From an uncultured Methylomirabilota bacterium (lineage in GTDB: Bacteria; Methylomirabilota; Methylomirabilia; Methylomirabilales; 2-02-FULL-66-22), in NCBI GenBank assembly GCA_963845565.1, contig CAWJSJ010000002.1, positions 384,001 to 448,000 on the forward strand: a stretch of 64,000 nt of DNA, in the 5' to 3' direction. The position numbers were made by a program, and so were the translations under genes. Each line of letters opens with the position of its first letter. Within the stretch, counting starts at the first letter, position 1. Under the pieces are notes generated by a model that ran no database searches, was not told the origin of the DNA, and saw only the letters and a program-made list of their open reading frames with translations. This document shows, one piece after another, positions 59,614 to 64,000 of this stretch.

Positions 59614-60891
59614 CTACTGCAGGAACAGCTTCGGTAGGACCAGGGTGAACCAGGGGATGTAGGTGATCACCAGGAGTCCCAGAAACAGGATCACAAGGTA
59701 CGGGGCCATGAACTTGGTGGAGTCCACGATGTTGAGCTTGGCGATGGCGCAGGCGATGAAGAGGGCCACGCCGATGGGCGGCAGGAACACCCCGATCCCG
59801 ATGGAGGCAATGATCAGGATCCCGTAATGCAGCGGGTCGATCCCGAACTGCATGGCGATGGGGTACATCACCGGGACGAAAACGATCATCGCCGGGAGCC
59901 CCTCCAGGACGGCCCCAAATACGACGAAGATGATATTACTGAGTAGCAGGAAGAACCAGGGCGAGCTCGAGATGCCCATCACCAGCGTGGCGATGCCCTG
60001 CGGCACCCGCTCCACGGTCATGACCCAGGAAAAGGCGGTGGCGCAGCCGATGAGGAGCATGCACATGGCGGTGTTGACGGTGCTGGCCAGGATGATCTTG
60101 GGCAGGTCTGCGACCGCGATCCGTTTGTAGATGGCCATCCCGACGAAGGCGGAATAGAGCACCGCGATGACGGCCGCTTCGGTGACGGTGGTGATCCCGC
60201 CGAAGATCGCCCCGAAGATGATCCCGGGCATCACCATGGCGATCACGCCGTCCCCGATGGCGCGCCAGCGCTCCGCCCAGGAGGCCTTGGCTTCCCGCGG
60301 GATGCCGAGCTGGCCGGCTTTCCAGTAGATGTAGCCCCCCAGTCCCAACCCAATGACGATGGCCGGCAGGAACCCGGCCACGAACATCGCCCCGATGGAC
60401 TGGTTGGTCATGCTGGCCAGGACGATCATGAAGATGCACGGGGGCACCAGGATGCCCATGGCCGTGGCCGCGCTGATGATGGCGACGGCCTCGCCCTTCT
60501 TGTAGCCCGCCCGCTCCATGGGGGCGATGAGCAGCGACCCGATGGCCGAGATGTCGGCGGCGGTGGAGCCCGAGATGCCGGAGAACAGGTACTCCCCCAC
60601 CAGCACCACCAAGCCCAGCCCGCCCCTGATGTGCCCGACCATGACCTTGGCCAGGTGCACCAATTTCTCGGAGATGCCCGCCCGCTCCATCAATTCGCCC
60701 GCCAGGATGAAGAAGGGGATGGCCATGAGCGGGAACGAGTCCATGCCCGAGACCATCTGGGTGACGACTGCGTTGATGGGCGCCTTCCCGCCCCACAGGA
60801 TGGCGACGGCGGCGGCCAGGCCCATGGCGATCGAGACGGGGGTGGCGATGGCCACGAGGGCGACGAACGCGACGACCAACGGAACGATCAT
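59614..60891 (-). CDS. dctM: TRAP transporter large permease
   Basis: SFPLMAIPFFILAG, FSGISGS..AD and GIDPLHYG motifs. Confidence 0.93.
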   Translation of the reverse strand: MIVPLVVAFVALVAIATPVSIAMGLAAAVAILWGGKAPINAVVTQMVSGMDSFPLMAIPFFILAGELMERAGISEKLVHLAKVMVGHIRGGLGLVVLVGEYLFSGISGSTAADISAIGSLLIAPMERAGYKKGEAVAIISAATAMGILVPPCIFMIVLASMTNQSIGAMFVAGFLPAIVIGLGLGGYIYWKAGQLGIPREAKASWAERWRAIGDGVIAMVMPGIIFGAIFGGITTVTEAAVIAVLYSAFVGMAIYKRIAVADLPKIILASTVNTAMCMLLIGCATAFSWVMTVERVPQGIATLVMGISSSPWFFLLLSNIIFVVFGAVLEGLPAMIVFVPVMYPIAMQFGIDPLHYGILIIASIGIGVFLPPIGVALFIACAIAKLNIVDSTKFMAPYLVILFLGLLVITYIPWFTLVLPKLFLQ

Positions 60892-61373
60892 GCGGTCCTC
60901 CCCGCTCGCATCGCGGCCCAGGTGCGGGCCACGAGCCTGAGGGTCTCCACGCCGATGAGGATGCATCCGACGGGGGCGGCGATGTAGACCCAACTCATGG
61001 GGATGTCCGTGGCAGTCGCCCGCGTCTCGCTGGTCAGCTCGATGACCGGGAGGCTGGCCCAGAAGACCACGCCCAGAAAGACGAGCACGCAGCCCTGCGC
61101 CATCAGCGCCAGCCGGTGGTGCCAGGCGGGCGACACGTAGCGCAAGAGCAGGTCCACCGCGATGTGGGCCTTGTGGCGCATGGTGATCGAGGCCCCCACG
61201 AAGGCCAGCCAGATGAAGAGATACCGGTCGGCTTCCTCCGCCCAGGGCAAGGCGTTGTTCAGCACGTACCGAAAGAAGACCCCCAGCGTCGTGACCGTGA
61301 CCATGGCGCCGAACAACCCCACGGCTGTCCAGTTGACGATGCCCTCGTAGATCGGCCAGATGCGCTGTCCCAT
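60888..61373 (-). CDS. dctQ: TRAP transporter small permease
   Basis: RYVLN..LPWAEE, HIAVD and four TM helices; ATGA overlap with dctM. Confidence 0.9.
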   Translation of the reverse strand: MGQRIWPIYEGIVNWTAVGLFGAMVTVTTLGVFFRYVLNNALPWAEEADRYLFIWLAFVGASITMRHKAHIAVDLLLRYVSPAWHHRLALMAQGCVLVFLGVVFWASLPVIELTSETRATATDIPMSWVYIAAPVGCILIGVETLRLVARTWAAMRAGRTA

Positions 61374-61471
61374 GTGTCCGCCTGATGCAGCGACGGGGCG
61401 CCGTGCGAGCGTTGATTTCGCTCGGCTCCGCCGTTTCAGCATCTCCGCGTCTCGCGGCTTGCCGCGCGGCG

Positions 61472-62512
61472 CTACGCCTCGCGGATCTTCTTGATCAAGT
61501 CGTTCCCCGCGTACTTGTCTCCCCACTCCTTGTAGAAGGGCTCGACCGCCTTCTGGAAGGCGACGCGATCGGGGCCCGTGAACGTCATCCCGGCGTCCTT
61601 CAGCTTCTGCTCGAAGGCCTTCTCGCTGATCGGGGCCTCCTTGCGCTGCCACTCCAAGGACTCCTTGCCTCCCTCCACGATGGCCTGCTGCACGTTCTTG
61701 GACAGCTTGGCGAACCAGCGCTCGCTGCACAGGAACGGGTTGGGGCAGAAGATGTGGCCCGTGTAGGCGGCGAACTTCGTCTGCTCGTGGAGCTTGGCGT
61801 TGAAGGCCGCCTCGCACTTGTTCTCGAAGCCCTCCACCACACCCATTTGCAGGGCGGTGTACAGCTCGCCCCACGGCACCGGGGTGGGGTTCGCCCCGAG
61901 GAACTGCATGCAGCGGACGTAGTTCTGCGCCTCGGGGACGCGGATCTTCAGGCCCTTCATGTCAGCGAGGCTGTTGATGGCCTTGGTCTTGGTGAAGATC
62001 TTGCGGAAGGTGGTGTCGTACACGGCGACGGTCCGCACCTTGGCCTTGTCCATGAGCTGCTTCTCTAGGTCCTGCCCGATCGGCCCGTCGAAGACTTTGT
62101 GGACGTGGTCCAGGTCGCGGAAGATGAAGGGCAGCTCGGTGCCGGCGTACTGCGGGACCATCATGGCCGGCGTCACGGTATCCCAGTTCCCGCCCTCAAG
62201 GTTGCCGAGTTGCATGCTTTCCCAGGTGACGCGGAGGCTTCCCAGGGCCGAGGTGGGGTAGATCTGCACTTCCAGCTCTCCGCCCGCCTTCTTCTCGGCG
62301 ATCTCCTTGAACTTGGTCGTCGCGCGGTGGATGATGTCCGCCTCGGTGAGGACGTGGGCCACCTTCATCGTCACCTTGGCGGCATTCGCCCCGCGCGGCC
62401 ACACGGCCGGTCCCACCGCAGCGGCGGCACCTGCCAGGGCAAGAAAACGACGCCGGGACAGCCCGTTATCGGGCCGAGCCAACGACTTGGACTTCCTCGG
62501 TGATGCGCCCAT
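61472..62512 (-). CDS. dctP: TRAP substrate-binding protein with a Tat signal
   Basis: SRRRFL, DMKGLKIRV and GANPTPVPWGELYTALQ motifs. Confidence 0.93.
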   Translation of the reverse strand: MGASPRKSKSLARPDNGLSRRRFLALAGAAAAVGPAVWPRGANAAKVTMKVAHVLTEADIIHRATTKFKEIAEKKAGGELEVQIYPTSALGSLRVTWESMQLGNLEGGNWDTVTPAMMVPQYAGTELPFIFRDLDHVHKVFDGPIGQDLEKQLMDKAKVRTVAVYDTTFRKIFTKTKAINSLADMKGLKIRVPEAQNYVRCMQFLGANPTPVPWGELYTALQMGVVEGFENKCEAAFNAKLHEQTKFAAYTGHIFCPNPFLCSERWFAKLSKNVQQAIVEGGKESLEWQRKEAPISEKAFEQKLKDAGMTFTGPDRVAFQKAVEPFYKEWGDKYAGNDLIKKIREA

Positions 62513-62715
62513 GGTCACCCTCCTTTGTTATCCCCGTGAGAGACGCCCCCCCTCAGACCGGTGAGCGGCGGCGGCCGGACCTGCCCATTCGCCGGCGCGC
62601 CGACCGGCGGATGGACCACGATGAGAATGTATCGGACCCTACCAGCACCTCGGAGCCCGTGTCAACGCGTCGCCGGCGCATGACCGCAGAACCGTACTAC
62701 CGCGGGGAGCCGGCG

Positions 62716-64000
62716 TCAGTTCCCTGCCAGGCGCACGCAGGCGAGCAACGCGGTCTCGTAGGCGCCGACATCGGGGAACGTCGGGAAACCGCGCAGGCCC
62801 AAGCAGTCATCCCGGCTGGGGTACGGGGTTGCCCCCGTGGCCTTCAGCACCGTCGCCACCAGCCGCTGAAAACCGCGGACGGCGGACGGCTCGCCCTGAA
62901 GCTGCGGAATGGCCAGGTCTTGGTCGGTCAAGCGGACAGAGCGCACCACGTCGCCTTCGGGCGTCGCCTTCGGCGCCATCAGCAGGTCCAGGATGAGTTT
63001 GCCTCCGGGCGGCTCGGCCCGGGAGGGATCGTCGATCCGCGCCACGGAGACCCCCGTGATGCCCTGCCAGGGCAGGTGGCCGATCTTCCCCTCCCGATTC
63101 TGCAGACGCAAGCCGCGCGCGTCGATGCCGACGGCCTGCATCGCAACCGGGAGCAGCCTCCATGAGGGCGCCGATTCCACCGTCTCCTCGCGCGCCGGCT
63201 CGGGCGTCGGCACCTCGAACGTCTGCGCGCCGCCCGCCGGTTCGTCCGGGGTCGGCTCGGGCGCGGATTCCGGCGCGAAGTCATGCCGGACGATGAATCC
63301 GGGTGTCGCTCCCTCCGCGGACGGCGTCTCCGCTTCCGACGAGGAGGCCGGCGCCTCCCCGACGGCCGGCATCGATGCGGTGAGCGACGTGGGTTCGAAG
63401 CCCGCCTCAGGAGGCGTAGCGGCAGGTGGCGGGGCCGCTGGACGGTCGCGACGGGCGGCGGCCATTAACTCCTCGGCGGCCCGCCGAAACTCCGGCGGCG
63501 CCGCAGGATCCCGGAGGGCTTCCTCCAAGAGCGTCGTGGCGGCGTCAGGCTGCTGGAAGAACTCCAGCATCAGCCGACCGTAGGCCACCAGGGCCTTCGG
63601 GCGCAACGGATCGACGGGCCAGGCCTCGATTCCCTTCTGATAGAGGTCGGCGGCCTCCGCGTGTCGCTCCTGCTTCTCCCGGTGGGCGGCGAGGGTCAGG
63701 AGGCTTCGCAGGGGAACCGCCACGTCCGGATGGGCGCGGCGATGCTCGTCGAACGCCGCCAGACCGCCGTCCATGTCCCGTGCCACCACGTAGGCGCTCA
63801 CCAGCCTCGCCGATTCCCGCCCCGCAGAGGCGGAATCTCCCGCTTGCGTGTAGGCCGCCACCAGGGCGGCGCGGGCCTCGATGCTGTTCGGGGTCTGTTT
63901 CAAGAGCGCCACCAGTTCACGGATGCCCGCTTCCGGTCCTCCACGATCCAGTTTTTCCAGCGCGGCGGTGAGCTGCTCGGATGGGCTCCAACTGGTCTTC
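62716..64000 (-). CDS. C-terminal part of a TPR-like helical repeat protein with a Pro/Glu linker
   Basis: Frame is open to the window edge; TPR-like helices, low-complexity linker and a globular C-terminal domain. Confidence 0.65.
   Translation of the reverse strand, partial: KTSWSPSEQLTAALEKLDRGGPEAGIRELVALLKQTPNSIEARAALVAAYTQAGDSASAGRESARLVSAYVVARDMDGGLAAFDEHRRAHPDVAVPLRSLLTLAAHREKQERHAEAADLYQKGIEAWPVDPLRPKALVAYGRLMLEFFQQPDAATTLLEEALRDPAAPPEFRRAAEELMAAARRDRPAAPPPAATPPEAGFEPTSLTASMPAVGEAPASSSEAETPSAEGATPGFIVRHDFAPESAPEPTPDEPAGGAQTFEVPTPEPAREETVESAPSWRLLPVAMQAVGIDARGLRLQNREGKIGHLPWQGITGVSVARIDDPSRAEPPGGKLILDLLMAPKATPEGDVVRSVRLTDQDLAIPQLQGEPSAVRGFQRLVATVLKATGATPYPSRDDCLGLRGFPTFPDVGAYETALLACVRLAGN

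Overview
GC-rich bacterial chromosomal window, probably from a long-read assembly because many otherwise intact genes carry 1-nt indels. The backbone is metabolic and regulatory: Omp85, AKRs, SDRs, a Mo-oxidoreductase, an OmpR-type two-component pair, queF, a split-type GMP synthase subunit, an iron ADH, a hybrid kinase, htrA, adenosine deaminase, creatininase, a UroD-family protein and a TRAP transporter. Five things stand out. (1) A 3.1-kb TG...CA-bounded element (47814-50897) encodes two different DDE integrases plus two paralogous HTH proteins. It is flanked by copies of a ~80-bp direct repeat whose third copy lies 13 kb away and brackets a peptide-ABC/GGT/M20 catabolic island. (2) A metacaspase gene is followed by a 1303-aa clostripain-like + CHAT + alpha/beta-hydrolase fusion, a candidate proteolytic cascade or defence system. 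(3) Six copies of a ~105-bp double-hairpin repeat have invariant first-hairpin arms, a conserved T-T mismatch and variable 19-20-nt loops, and often abut or overlap stop codons. (4) A hidden selenoprotein of the C_GCAxxG_C_C family has an in-frame UGA and a SECIS-like hairpin. (5) A shared 11-bp-periodic TCAT motif lies upstream of htrA and a small secreted protein. No rRNA, tRNA or CRISPR array was recognised. All calls come from reading the sequence by eye; no database search was run.
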